In this document: positions 30,359-38,926 of the stretch, one piece after another
Layout of the letters: each line of letters opens with the position of its first letter
Position numbering within the stretch: the first letter of the stretch is position 1
NCBI GenBank assembly: GCA_031401035.1
Contig: JANNRA010000127.1
Location: forward strand, 4,001-68,000
DNA length: 64,000 bases
Direction of reading: 5' to 3'
Source: a bacterium
GTDB taxonomy: Bacteria; Desulfobacterota; Binatia; HRBIN30; CADEER01
Translations under genes and position numbers: made by a program
Notes under the pieces: model-generated
What the model was told of the DNA's origin: nothing
Database searches by the model: none
What the model saw: the letters and a program-made list of their open reading frames with translations, nothing else

Positions 30359-30410
30359 TCGGTAGACCGGCCACCGCCCAGATGCAAGCGGTCGTTGCGG
30401 CGCGGTGCCG

Positions 30411-33400
30411 TCACTGCGGCCAGGCGCCGGGCAGCAGCATCTCGACCATCCGGCGCCGATCGCGTACCGCCTCGGTGGCGAACCACGCGTCCCCCTCGGC
30501 GATCAGCGCGGCGCCGGCCTGGCCCCCGAGCAGGGCGCCGCGTCGCCGCCGTGCCGCGCTTGCGTACTGCTGCATGTCCGTGGCCGCGCACTGCGCTTCG
30601 GCCGCTGCCAGGTGCGCCACCGCACGCGGCACCTCCCCGCGACCGACGGCAACCGCGGAGCGAGCCAGCCCCGCCAGGGCGTTCCCCCAGGCTGTTCCCT
30701 CCCGCTCGATGCGGGTCGCATCGCGCTCGGCGTGGGCCAGCAGTGCCTGCACGGCGCGAGGGCGCGCACCCGACCCAGCCAGCACCGCAGCCGACGCCAG
30801 CGCCGCGCGGGCGCGCCACCAGCGGCTCTCGATCAGGATGGGTTGAACGTAGGCGAGGAGGGTGCGGTTCAGGGAGCGCCAGTTGGCACCGATACGGTTC
30901 CATGCTTCGACGCCACGGCCTTCGTAGAGATCGATCTCGATCGAGGCCAGCCAGTCCCAGTAGTGTTGGACCTGAAACGGGGGCTCCGACCACGCGTCGA
31001 TCCCGTCGGCCTGACTGCTGCGCGCCAACGCCGAGCGATCGGCGGCGAGGTGCACGATGTGGGCCGAGCGGGTCCGAACGTAGGTCGCCAGGTAGCGATC
31101 ATTGCGATCGTCCGCATCCTGCAGCACCGACGGAATTCGCTCGCCGAGCTCGCGCCAGCGGCCCATCCAGTTCAGCGAGTGCAGGCGGAAGATCTCGACT
31201 GCGTCGCGCTCCCAGCGCACCCCAGTGCACTGGTCGCGCAGGGTCTCCTCCGCCTCCCGGCCGCGCGCCAGCGACTCGGCGAAGTACCCCTGGAAGCTCA
31301 GAACCGCCGCGCTGTTGGCCGCCGCCAATGCCAGGGCGTGCGGATGGCCGGCGAGGCGTGCCGTTGCCCAGGTACGCGCCTGCAGCTCGCGCGTCCGGCG
31401 GGCCGCGCCGCGGCCGCGAACGACCGACCCGCCCAACTGCAGCGCCAGCGCCCGCGCCACCCGATAGGGTTCGCCGGCACGCAGTGCCAGCAATAGGTGT
31501 CGGACGACGAACTCGGCACCACGCGCAGTGTCGACGAGGGACAGGCCGATCGAGACCGACCAGCACGTGTCGATGCGCAGCAACTCATCCGCGCTCATGG
31601 CCGCCGCGTTGCGCGGCTCGAAATCGAGCCCGCGCCACCACAGGCGGGCCTGGAGCAGCAGCAGCGAGAGAAGCGCCCGGCGCGGCGTCGCCGCCAGACG
31701 CATTCCGACCATGGCCAGGACGTCGCGCAACGTCGCGAGCCCGGTCCCGATGTGCCCGCTGATGAGGTACTGCTCGGCGGCGAGCCGCCGCAGCTCGACT
31801 GCCGCCACGCGCTCGGCCCCAACGGCGGCCTCCAGATAGGTGGACGCCGCCGCGGCGCCGCGGCCCGCATTCGCCAGCGCCGCGGCGAGGCGGGCCTGGC
31901 GGGCGCGCCGCTCGCCATCGTCGGCCTGGGCGATCTCGAGACTCCAGCGGTACAGTCGGACCGCGCGGTCGAACGCCAGCGCCCGCGCGGCGGCGTCGGC
32001 GGCCTGCGCCGCCAGACTCGCCGCGCGGCCGAGGTCGCCGCCGCCGGCCAGATGCACCGCCAAGGTCTCGGCGTCCGCAGCGCCGCTGCGCTCCCAGGCG
32101 TGTGCCAGCGCCGCATGGTGGGCCCGACGGATCTCCGACGGCAGGCGCGCAACCACAGCCTCGCGGATGCGGTCGTGCAGCGCTTCTACCGCCCCGACAC
32201 CCTGCTGGACGCGCGTCCGCGCCAGATGCAGCCGACGCAAGAGGGCGAACGCCGGGTGACGCACGCCCGGCAGCGCGGCGGCTCGCTGCGCGACGTCGAG
32301 GGGCAGCAGTTGCCCGGAGACGGCGATGACCTCGAGTAGGCGCCGCGCCGCCTCCGGCAGGTCCGCCACGCGGGCGCGAATGACATCGTCGAGTGTCAGC
32401 AGCACCGGCGTCGTGGTGGCGACAGCCCGCGTCCGCGCCAATTCTGCGACGAACAGCGGGTTGCCGCTCGCCGCGCGTGCGATCGCCTCGGCGCGCGCGG
32501 CGGTGTCGGCCGACCCACCGGCGAGCAGTGCGGACGCGAGCGAGTGCGCTTGCACTGCCGTCAGCTCGCGCAACTCGAGGTCTCGACGCTCGACCTGCGC
32601 CCCCCACGCGCCGGGATCGCGTTGGAACGCCTTGAGGAACGGACTGGTGTCGATATCCTCGGTGCGGTAGGCGCCGAGCAGCAGCAGCGCCGGGGCCGGC
32701 GACCGGAAGAGCTCCTCCAGGAGGACGATGCTATCGAGATCGCCCCACTGCAGATCGTCGAGCACCAGTATCACGGGCCGATCGGCGGCCAGACGGGCCA
32801 GCAACTGGCGCAGCGCCGCGCCCGCGCGGCGCCGTTGTGCAGGCGTCGCATCCACCCCATCACCCGCCTCGTCCCTCGCCCCTGTCACGTCGCGCAACTG
32901 GGGGAAGAGGCGCGCCAGCACGGCGACATCGGCAGCCATCGCACCGCGTCGGTCGGTTTCGGGCAGTCGGCGCAAGTGTGCGGCCAACTCGTCGACCATG
33001 CCGTCAAGCGCCTTGTACGGAACCGACTCCTGCTCGGTGCAGCGCCCGCAGAACTGCAGCGCCGAGGCCTCGGTCCGCTGCGTTGCGGCGAGGAACTCCT
33101 GCACCAGGCGCGTCTTGCCCATGCCGGATCGGCCGCGCAGGTGCACGATCGTCGGGCGTCCCTGTCGCACGCTCTCGAACGCATCGCGCAGTGCGGCGAG
33201 CTCGGCGCCGCGACCGACCAGGGACGCCTCGGCGCGCGTCGTCTCCGTGGCAATCGCCGCCCGGCCGCCAAAGCACCGCGCCACCGCCGCGCCGGGCGGG
33301 CGCGCGGCGGCAGTAGTGCGCATGAGATCCCTGCACAACGCGTCGAGATCGGCTGGGGCCCCAGGGACCAGCACGGCACCGGGCAGCGGATCGAACCGCA

Positions 33401-34043
33401 ATCGGCGCTGGATCAGCTCCGCCGGCGCGCCCTCCAGCAGCGCCCGCCCGCCCAGGGCTTCGTACAGAATCGTGCCGACGCTGAACCAATCGCTGGATTC
33501 GCATACGGCGCGCCCGGCGAGTTGCTCGGGCGCCATGTAGCGTAAGCTGCCCGCCGCCGACGCTCCGGCGCTGCGGCGCCGGCGGTCGAGCGCCAGACCG
33601 AAGTCCAGCACGACGACGCGCCCGACGGCCGTCACCAGGATGTTCGACGGTTTCAGGTCGCGGTGCAGGATACCGGCGTCGTGCAGGGCGCTGACCGCCT
33701 GGGCCAACTGCGCGAACACGTCGCGCAGCGTCGGCTCGCCCGGATGGCTCTCCAGGTACGCCAGGAGCGCGACGCCCTCGATGCGCTCCATGGTGATGAT
33801 GCAGCTCGTGCCCTGCACCTCGAGGTCATAGAGGGTGACCAGGTTCGGGTGCACGATGTCCGCCATGATGCGGAATTCGTGCTTGAGGTCGGTGAGCGCC
33901 TCCGCAGCGAATTCATGTAACGTCTTCAGGGCGACGCTGACCTGCTGGCGATGATCGAACGCCTCGTAGACGACGCCGAACGCCCCGGAGCCGAGCGGGG
34001 CGCCCACGGTGATCCACTCCGGTACGCCGGGCGGGCGATCCAT
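30411..34043 (-). CDS. PknK-like Ser/Thr protein kinase fused to an AAA/STAND ATPase and a long helical-repeat (TPR-like) C-terminus
   Basis: The kinase motifs are intact: GSGAFGVVY, VALK, HRDLKPSN, DFG and APE. Walker A is GRSGMGKT and Walker B-like is VLVLDDLQW, followed by about 750 aa of Ala/Leu-rich helical repeats. The start is set at ATG 34043, 7 nt after the upstream stop. Confidence 0.88.
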   Translation of the reverse strand: MDRPPGVPEWITVGAPLGSGAFGVVYEAFDHRQQVSVALKTLHEFAAEALTDLKHEFRIMADIVHPNLVTLYDLEVQGTSCIITMERIEGVALLAYLESHPGEPTLRDVFAQLAQAVSALHDAGILHRDLKPSNILVTAVGRVVVLDFGLALDRRRRSAGASAAGSLRYMAPEQLAGRAVCESSDWFSVGTILYEALGGRALLEGAPAELIQRRLRFDPLPGAVLVPGAPADLDALCRDLMRTTAAARPPGAAVARCFGGRAAIATETTRAEASLVGRGAELAALRDAFESVRQGRPTIVHLRGRSGMGKTRLVQEFLAATQRTEASALQFCGRCTEQESVPYKALDGMVDELAAHLRRLPETDRRGAMAADVAVLARLFPQLRDVTGARDEAGDGVDATPAQRRRAGAALRQLLARLAADRPVILVLDDLQWGDLDSIVLLEELFRSPAPALLLLGAYRTEDIDTSPFLKAFQRDPGAWGAQVERRDLELRELTAVQAHSLASALLAGGSADTAARAEAIARAASGNPLFVAELARTRAVATTTPVLLTLDDVIRARVADLPEAARRLLEVIAVSGQLLPLDVAQRAAALPGVRHPAFALLRRLHLARTRVQQGVGAVEALHDRIREAVVARLPSEIRRAHHAALAHAWERSGAADAETLAVHLAGGGDLGRAASLAAQAADAAARALAFDRAVRLYRWSLEIAQADDGERRARQARLAAALANAGRGAAAASTYLEAAVGAERVAAVELRRLAAEQYLISGHIGTGLATLRDVLAMVGMRLAATPRRALLSLLLLQARLWWRGLDFEPRNAAAMSADELLRIDTCWSVSIGLSLVDTARGAEFVVRHLLLALRAGEPYRVARALALQLGGSVVRGRGAARRTRELQARTWATARLAGHPHALALAAANSAAVLSFQGYFAESLARGREAEETLRDQCTGVRWERDAVEIFRLHSLNWMGRWRELGERIPSVLQDADDRNDRYLATYVRTRSAHIVHLAADRSALARSSQADGIDAWSEPPFQVQHYWDWLASIEIDLYEGRGVEAWNRIGANWRSLNRTLLAYVQPILIESRWWRARAALASAAVLAGSGARPRAVQALLAHAERDATRIEREGTAWGNALAGLARSAVAVGRGEVPRAVAHLAAAEAQCAATDMQQYASAARRRRGALLGGQAGAALIAEGDAWFATEAVRDRRRMVEMLLPGAWPQ

Positions 34044-34050
34044 CCGCCCG

Positions 34051-35580
34051 TCATCCCACCAGCAGCGGCAGGTCGGCCTGCGCCGAGGCGCCCGTACTCT
34101 CCGCCGCACGACCGCCCTCGAGCACGGATCCGCTGGCGTCGGTGAGCATCACCGGGTCGAAGAGGTGTCGATAGCGCGGCGCGACCGGCAGCGTCGGTGC
34201 ATAGACGGCGTCGAGCCGGGCCGTGGAGCTGACGTGGCTGCCGGCCCGGCGCAGGCGGCCGATCCCCGCGGTGCTGGCCAGATCTGGCGCCGCCCAGGCC
34301 ACCGCCTGCCCGACGGCGAGGCCCAGCTGGGCCGCGTCGAGGCGGCGGCGATACCGCCAGGCGAAGCGCGCGGCGTGCCGGAGGATTCGGGCCCGGCGGC
34401 CGCGCATCGCCACCAGGTCGGCAGCGAACCGCGCGACGGCATCGAGGGGGTCGAGCGACGCGACACACACCGTCGCCCCATCCAGGTCGCGCACGCGCGT
34501 ATTCGGCAACAGGCGACCGGCCAATGCGCAGGCATCGAAAAACGGGGTGCCCGGGTACGGCGCGGCGATCGAAACATACGCGGGCGTGGTGACATCCGGC
34601 GTGGCGAGGATGCACTCGATCTCGGCGTCGACCTCGGCCACCCGTCGCGTCGAGGGATCGAACACCAGTCCATAGGAGAGCATGATGCCGGCGTCGAGGG
34701 TGCGCCGAATCAAGTCGAGGGGGTTGTCGCGCACGTTCTGCATTTTGCGCGCGCCGCGCAACCAGGCAACGTCGAGCGATTCGATGCCGCTGAACAGCGC
34801 CCGGCACCCGGCCGCCCGGGCCTCGCCCAGCAGCGCATCGTCGCGGAGGAAATCGGCTGTCACCAGCGCGCCCCAGGCGCGAAAACGCCCCGCCGCGTGC
34901 GCGGCGCGCAGGACGTCGATGCGCGCCCGCAGGGCAGCCCGATCCGGCCCGGCGAAGTTGTTGTCGAGAAGTATCACGACCGCGCGGCGGCCGAGCGCCA
35001 GCAATTGCCGCTCGAAGACGACCGGGTCGGACGCCACATGGCGACGCCCCTCGGCGGTGAGCGAGCAGAAGCCGCAGCGGAAGTTGCAGTTGCGGCTCGA
35101 CTCGGCGTAGCCGATGCGGCCGATCCACGGCGCCAGGTCGTAGCGCGGCCACGCCGGCTCGGCGACGCTCGCCGGGCCGAAGACAGCGCGCGCGACGACC
35201 GCCAGTTCTTCAACGTCGCCACGGCACGCGTAATCGAACACGGACCGGCTGAGGACCGGGAAACTGCGCACCGCGTGGCCCCCAGCAACGACGACGACGG
35301 CCGGATTGGCGGTCCGCGCATAGGCCGTGAGCTGACGCATGCGATCCATCGCGCTGGTCAGGCCGGTCAGCACCAACATGTCCGCCCACGCCAGCGCGCT
35401 GCGGTCCAGCAGCGGCCCGCCGGCCAGCTCGCAGTGCAGGCGCACCTCGCACCGCGCCGGAGCCAAGACCCCCGCCAGCAGCACCGGCGCCAGGGCCTGC
35501 GGCACCTTGCGCGGACGGCGCGGACCCGCCCTCGACGCATCGAGGTAGCAGTTGACGATCAGGACCCGTGCGCGTCGCAT
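34051..35580 (-). CDS. B12-binding-domain (class B) radical SAM protein, unknown substrate
   Basis: N-terminal Rossmann-like B12-binding region (VLIVNCY...DMLVLTG...VVVAGGH) and the radical SAM motif SSRNCNFRCGFC. 509 aa. Confidence 0.82.
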   Translation of the reverse strand: MRRARVLIVNCYLDASRAGPRRPRKVPQALAPVLLAGVLAPARCEVRLHCELAGGPLLDRSALAWADMLVLTGLTSAMDRMRQLTAYARTANPAVVVVAGGHAVRSFPVLSRSVFDYACRGDVEELAVVARAVFGPASVAEPAWPRYDLAPWIGRIGYAESSRNCNFRCGFCSLTAEGRRHVASDPVVFERQLLALGRRAVVILLDNNFAGPDRAALRARIDVLRAAHAAGRFRAWGALVTADFLRDDALLGEARAAGCRALFSGIESLDVAWLRGARKMQNVRDNPLDLIRRTLDAGIMLSYGLVFDPSTRRVAEVDAEIECILATPDVTTPAYVSIAAPYPGTPFFDACALAGRLLPNTRVRDLDGATVCVASLDPLDAVARFAADLVAMRGRRARILRHAARFAWRYRRRLDAAQLGLAVGQAVAWAAPDLASTAGIGRLRRAGSHVSSTARLDAVYAPTLPVAPRYRHLFDPVMLTDASGSVLEGGRAAESTGASAQADLPLLVG

Positions 35581-35714
35581 TCCCGTCTCGGCCGGCCGCC
35601 CCCTGCGATGGAGCCTGCGCTGTGGTAACTACGCCCGCTGCCGGCGCGCAAGCGGCGCTTGTCAGCGGCGCGGCGATCCGTTAGGTCCACCGCCATCAGC
35701 ACTCGAGGGCCTTC

Positions 35715-36503
35715 ATGGCGATGCTCCTGACGAACTATGCGGCCGTACGCGACGCGCTGCGCCCCGGCGACGTCCTGGCGTTCGGCGGTACGAACCCGCT
35801 CTCGGTGCTCATCAAGGCCACCGCCAACTCGCCGGTGTCGCACGCGGCGATCGTCACCGCCGCCGCCACCGGCGCGGGCGACGCGGTGCTCGCCGAATCG
35901 ACGGTGGAGCTCAGCTCGCCGCCGGTGTTCGGCGTCCACCAGGCCGCCGGCGGGGCGATCGTCGGCGCCTACAAGGGGGCGGTCTGGTGGCTGCCCCTGG
36001 AGCGCAACGGCTACGGCGCGCACTTCAATCAGGCCGGCTTCAGCCAGTTCATCAAGGATGCCCGCGCACGGCCGTTCGACGTCCTGGGCGGGCTGCGCGT
36101 CGTCCTCAGCGACCTCGTCGACCTGCTGCGCGCGCTGCGCGCCGCGCAGCTCTTCGACAGCGACCGCGACGTCGGCGCGTTGTTCTGCTCGGAGTTGGTC
36201 GCCGGCGCGCTGGTCGGCGCCGGCATCGTCACAACCGTCCCGCCGGTCGACCCGGCCGACGTCTCGCCAACCGACCTCTGCGCCTGGAGAATCTACGAGC
36301 CGGACTACCATCACCTGCGCGGCGCCCAGGCGCCCATCGGCACCTTCGCCACGCGCGCCCCGGGTGCGGTGACGGGAACGCACGCGCTGCACCGGCGCAC
36401 GCTGCTGCAGCAGGCGGCGCAACAGCGGCTGGCGGAGATTCTGGTCAGCGATCCGCTGCACGCGCACGCCCTGCAGCACGCCCTCGACGCCATGCTGAAG
36501 TGA
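35715..36503 (+). CDS. Permuted papain-fold peptidase/amidase, YiiX/YaeF (C92)-like
   Basis: PGDVLAFGG...SPVSHAAIV (the His comes first), then LFCSELVAGAL (the Cys comes later). This is the circularly permuted NlpC/P60-like order. The assignment is from memory of the family. Confidence 0.5.
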   Translation: MAMLLTNYAAVRDALRPGDVLAFGGTNPLSVLIKATANSPVSHAAIVTAAATGAGDAVLAESTVELSSPPVFGVHQAAGGAIVGAYKGAVWWLPLERNGYGAHFNQAGFSQFIKDARARPFDVLGGLRVVLSDLVDLLRALRAAQLFDSDRDVGALFCSELVAGALVGAGIVTTVPPVDPADVSPTDLCAWRIYEPDYHHLRGAQAPIGTFATRAPGAVTGTHALHRRTLLQQAAQQRLAEILVSDPLHAHALQHALDAMLK

Positions 36504-36523
36504 GGCGGAGCGGCCGGCCCGCT

Positions 36524-37093
36524 TCACGGCGTCGTGGGCGCGACGTAGCCGACGCTGCGCTCGACCTCGCGCAGGTAGTCGAGCAGCGCGCGCGCCTCGC
36601 CGCTGGCGTTGGTCGCCGTGCGGTCGCCGCTGCCGGAAAGGACGACCTCTTTATACAGGCGCTTGGTGGGGTCGAGTTGGTAGGCGACCTCGAGCGTGCC
36701 GCCGCTGTCGCCGGTGCCGTCGGCGTGCGTGCGGGTGATGTGGCCGCGGCTGGCGGCAGGGATCAGGCGGGCGTTGTCGAGCAGGGTACGCGTGTCGACG
36801 GTGCCGACCTGGCGCGCCCCCTTGTGCTTGGTGACCATGTCGCGTTCGCTCAGCTCGCCGAGTTTGAGCTTCTCCGGGTACCATGGCGTGCCGTGGTGCT
36901 CGTAGGCCCAGACGATGCCGTCGCCGTCGATGTACATGCCGCTCAGCCGGTAGTCCCAGCCGAGTTGCAGGGTGTAGCGCTCGAGTACCACCGTGCCGGC
37001 AATGTCGTCGGCGGTGATCTTAGGGTCATCCATGGCGCCGCACCCCGCCAGGGTGAACAGCAGAGCCAGCGCCAGCCCTCGCATCCGCATCAT
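36524..37093 (-). CDS. Hypothetical lipoprotein
   Basis: MMRMRGLALALLFTLAGC lipobox; 189 aa; no recognisable family. It is the last gene of the secreted-protein string. Confidence 0.55.
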   Translation of the reverse strand: MMRMRGLALALLFTLAGCGAMDDPKITADDIAGTVVLERYTLQLGWDYRLSGMYIDGDGIVWAYEHHGTPWYPEKLKLGELSERDMVTKHKGARQVGTVDTRTLLDNARLIPAASRGHITRTHADGTGDSGGTLEVAYQLDPTKRLYKEVVLSGSGDRTATNASGEARALLDYLREVERSVGYVAPTTP

Positions 37094-37152
37094 CCGCTCC
37101 TCCTTCCGCGGGCTGCCTATAGCACGCGCCGCGACCCAGGCATCCTGCCTGG

Positions 37153-38877
37153 TCAGCGCCCGACACGCTCCGCGGCGCCGCGGTGCCGCGCCGTGACGCC
37201 GGCGCTGCCGTTCTCGCGCAGCTCGTCGGCGGCGAACACGCTCTCCCAACAGGCACCGGTGGCGGCGCGCCACTGGACGCGCAGCGGGCTGTCGACGCCG
37301 CCGGCCGGCAGGCGGACGCCGGCGGCCTGCGCCTGCAGGCGGGTGCGGCCGGCGCGCAGCACGGCGCGCGACACGCTCGCCGCGGCCGCTGACGCGTCGC
37401 GGTACCTGAACCCGGCCCCACCGTCACTCCGCCAGTGATCTCCCGCGGCGACGACGAGGCCCGCCAGCGGCCGCGGCGCGGCAGCATCGAAGACACACAG
37501 CGCCGCGGTGCCGGCCGGAACGCCGAACCGCGCCAGCGTCGACGCCGCGCCGCGCCGCCAATGCCACGTCAGCGATCCCGCGCCGGTGATCTGCAGCTCG
37601 GCGCGCCGCGCGGCGGCGCAGCCGGACCCGTCGAGCGGCGCATGCGCACAGGCGGCCCGTTCGACGTCGCAGACATCGTCGGTGCAGGGGTCGGCGTCGG
37701 ACTCGCACCGGGTGCCGGCCGGCGCCAGCACGCAGGTCGCCGTGCAGCATTCATCCGCCGACGCGGCGACATCGCAGGCCTCGCCGAGATCGACGACCCC
37801 GTCGCCGCAGGCGCCGGCGGTGGCCTCATGGGCGCCGATGTCGCAGCGGCCGTGGCGCGGCGCGCCGCGCTGGTCGGTGCCGGGGCATCTCGCCTCGTTG
37901 CCGGCGTCGATCGCCGCGCTGGACACGGCCAGGGCGTGTGTCGGCGTCGCCCCGCCGGTGGCACGCAGGGGCAGCAGCGCCGCGACGGCGCGCGAGAGAT
38001 CGGAGGCGCGCGACCACGGGCAGGTGCCGTCGTCGTCGAGGTTGCTGCCGAGCGAACGGCCGCTCCCCGGGGCGCAGTTGCCGGGGGCGTTGCCGGCCAG
38101 CAGCGTAGCGACGAAGAGCAGCGAGAGGGCACCGGCGTCGTTGCGCACGCCACCGCCCTGGTTGTAGGCGATGGTGCTGCTCTCGATGGCGCACGGCGCC
38201 GCGAATCCGCACTCCTGGTCGATGAAGACACCGCCGCCATCGGCCGCGGCGTTGCCGCTCACCGTCGCGTTGCGCAGCAGGAGGGCGCGCGTGAAGCCCT
38301 GGTAGTAGAGGCCGCCGCCGCGACTGGCGCGATTGTCGCGCAGCGTCGAGTCGACGACCGTGAGATCGCCGGCTCCGACGTAGGCGCCGCCGCCCCAGCC
38401 GTCGCTGTCGTTCTCCGCCAGAACGACGCGCTCGAGGGTGAGCCCGCCGCCCTGGACGGCGACGCCGGCGCCATTGCCGGCACCGCCGCGCAGACGCCCG
38501 CCGCGCAGGGTCAGGTCGACCAGGCGCACGACGCCGTTGATCACGTGCACGACGCGGTCGAGACGCTGCGCGTCGATGATGGTCGCCGCGGCGCCGGCGC
38601 CGCTGATGACCACATCGGCGCCGACGTCGAGATCGCCGCGGCGTCCGTCGTCCTCACCGGCGCCGGCGCGCGACAGCAGGAACAGGCCAGCCGGCAGCTC
38701 GATGCGATCCTCGTTGCGCCGCGCGTTGGCCACCGCGATCGCCTCGCGTAGCGAGCAGTGCGCGTCGCAGGCGCCGTCGACGGTGTCGTCGCTGGTGGTG
38801 ACGGTGAACGTCGCGGCGCCGGCGGGCAGGCCGCCGACGGTGACGGCGGCAAGGAGGCAGACGAGCAGGACGCGCAC
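37153..38877 (-). CDS. Secreted CSLREA-domain, right-handed beta-helix protein with C-terminal Cys-rich repeats
   Basis: TVTTSDDTVDGACDAHCSLREAIAVAN is the CSLREA signature. Gly/Asn-rich parallel beta-helix repeats follow, then GACGDGVVDLGEACD..CCTATCVLAPAGTRCESDADPCTDDVCD (a Myxococcus-type Cys-rich repeat). The start is set at GTG 38877 and is uncertain. Confidence 0.7.
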   Translation of the reverse strand: MRVLLVCLLAAVTVGGLPAGAATFTVTTSDDTVDGACDAHCSLREAIAVANARRNEDRIELPAGLFLLSRAGAGEDDGRRGDLDVGADVVISGAGAAATIIDAQRLDRVVHVINGVVRLVDLTLRGGRLRGGAGNGAGVAVQGGGLTLERVVLAENDSDGWGGGAYVGAGDLTVVDSTLRDNRASRGGGLYYQGFTRALLLRNATVSGNAAADGGGVFIDQECGFAAPCAIESSTIAYNQGGGVRNDAGALSLLFVATLLAGNAPGNCAPGSGRSLGSNLDDDGTCPWSRASDLSRAVAALLPLRATGGATPTHALAVSSAAIDAGNEARCPGTDQRGAPRHGRCDIGAHEATAGACGDGVVDLGEACDVAASADECCTATCVLAPAGTRCESDADPCTDDVCDVERAACAHAPLDGSGCAAARRAELQITGAGSLTWHWRRGAASTLARFGVPAGTAALCVFDAAAPRPLAGLVVAAGDHWRSDGGAGFRYRDASAAAASVSRAVLRAGRTRLQAQAAGVRLPAGGVDSPLRVQWRAATGACWESVFAADELRENGSAGVTARHRGAAERVGR

Positions 38878-38926
38878 CGCGGCACTGTGCCTGCCGGCGC
38901 CGCCGACGGGCAAGCGCCGCGCCCTC

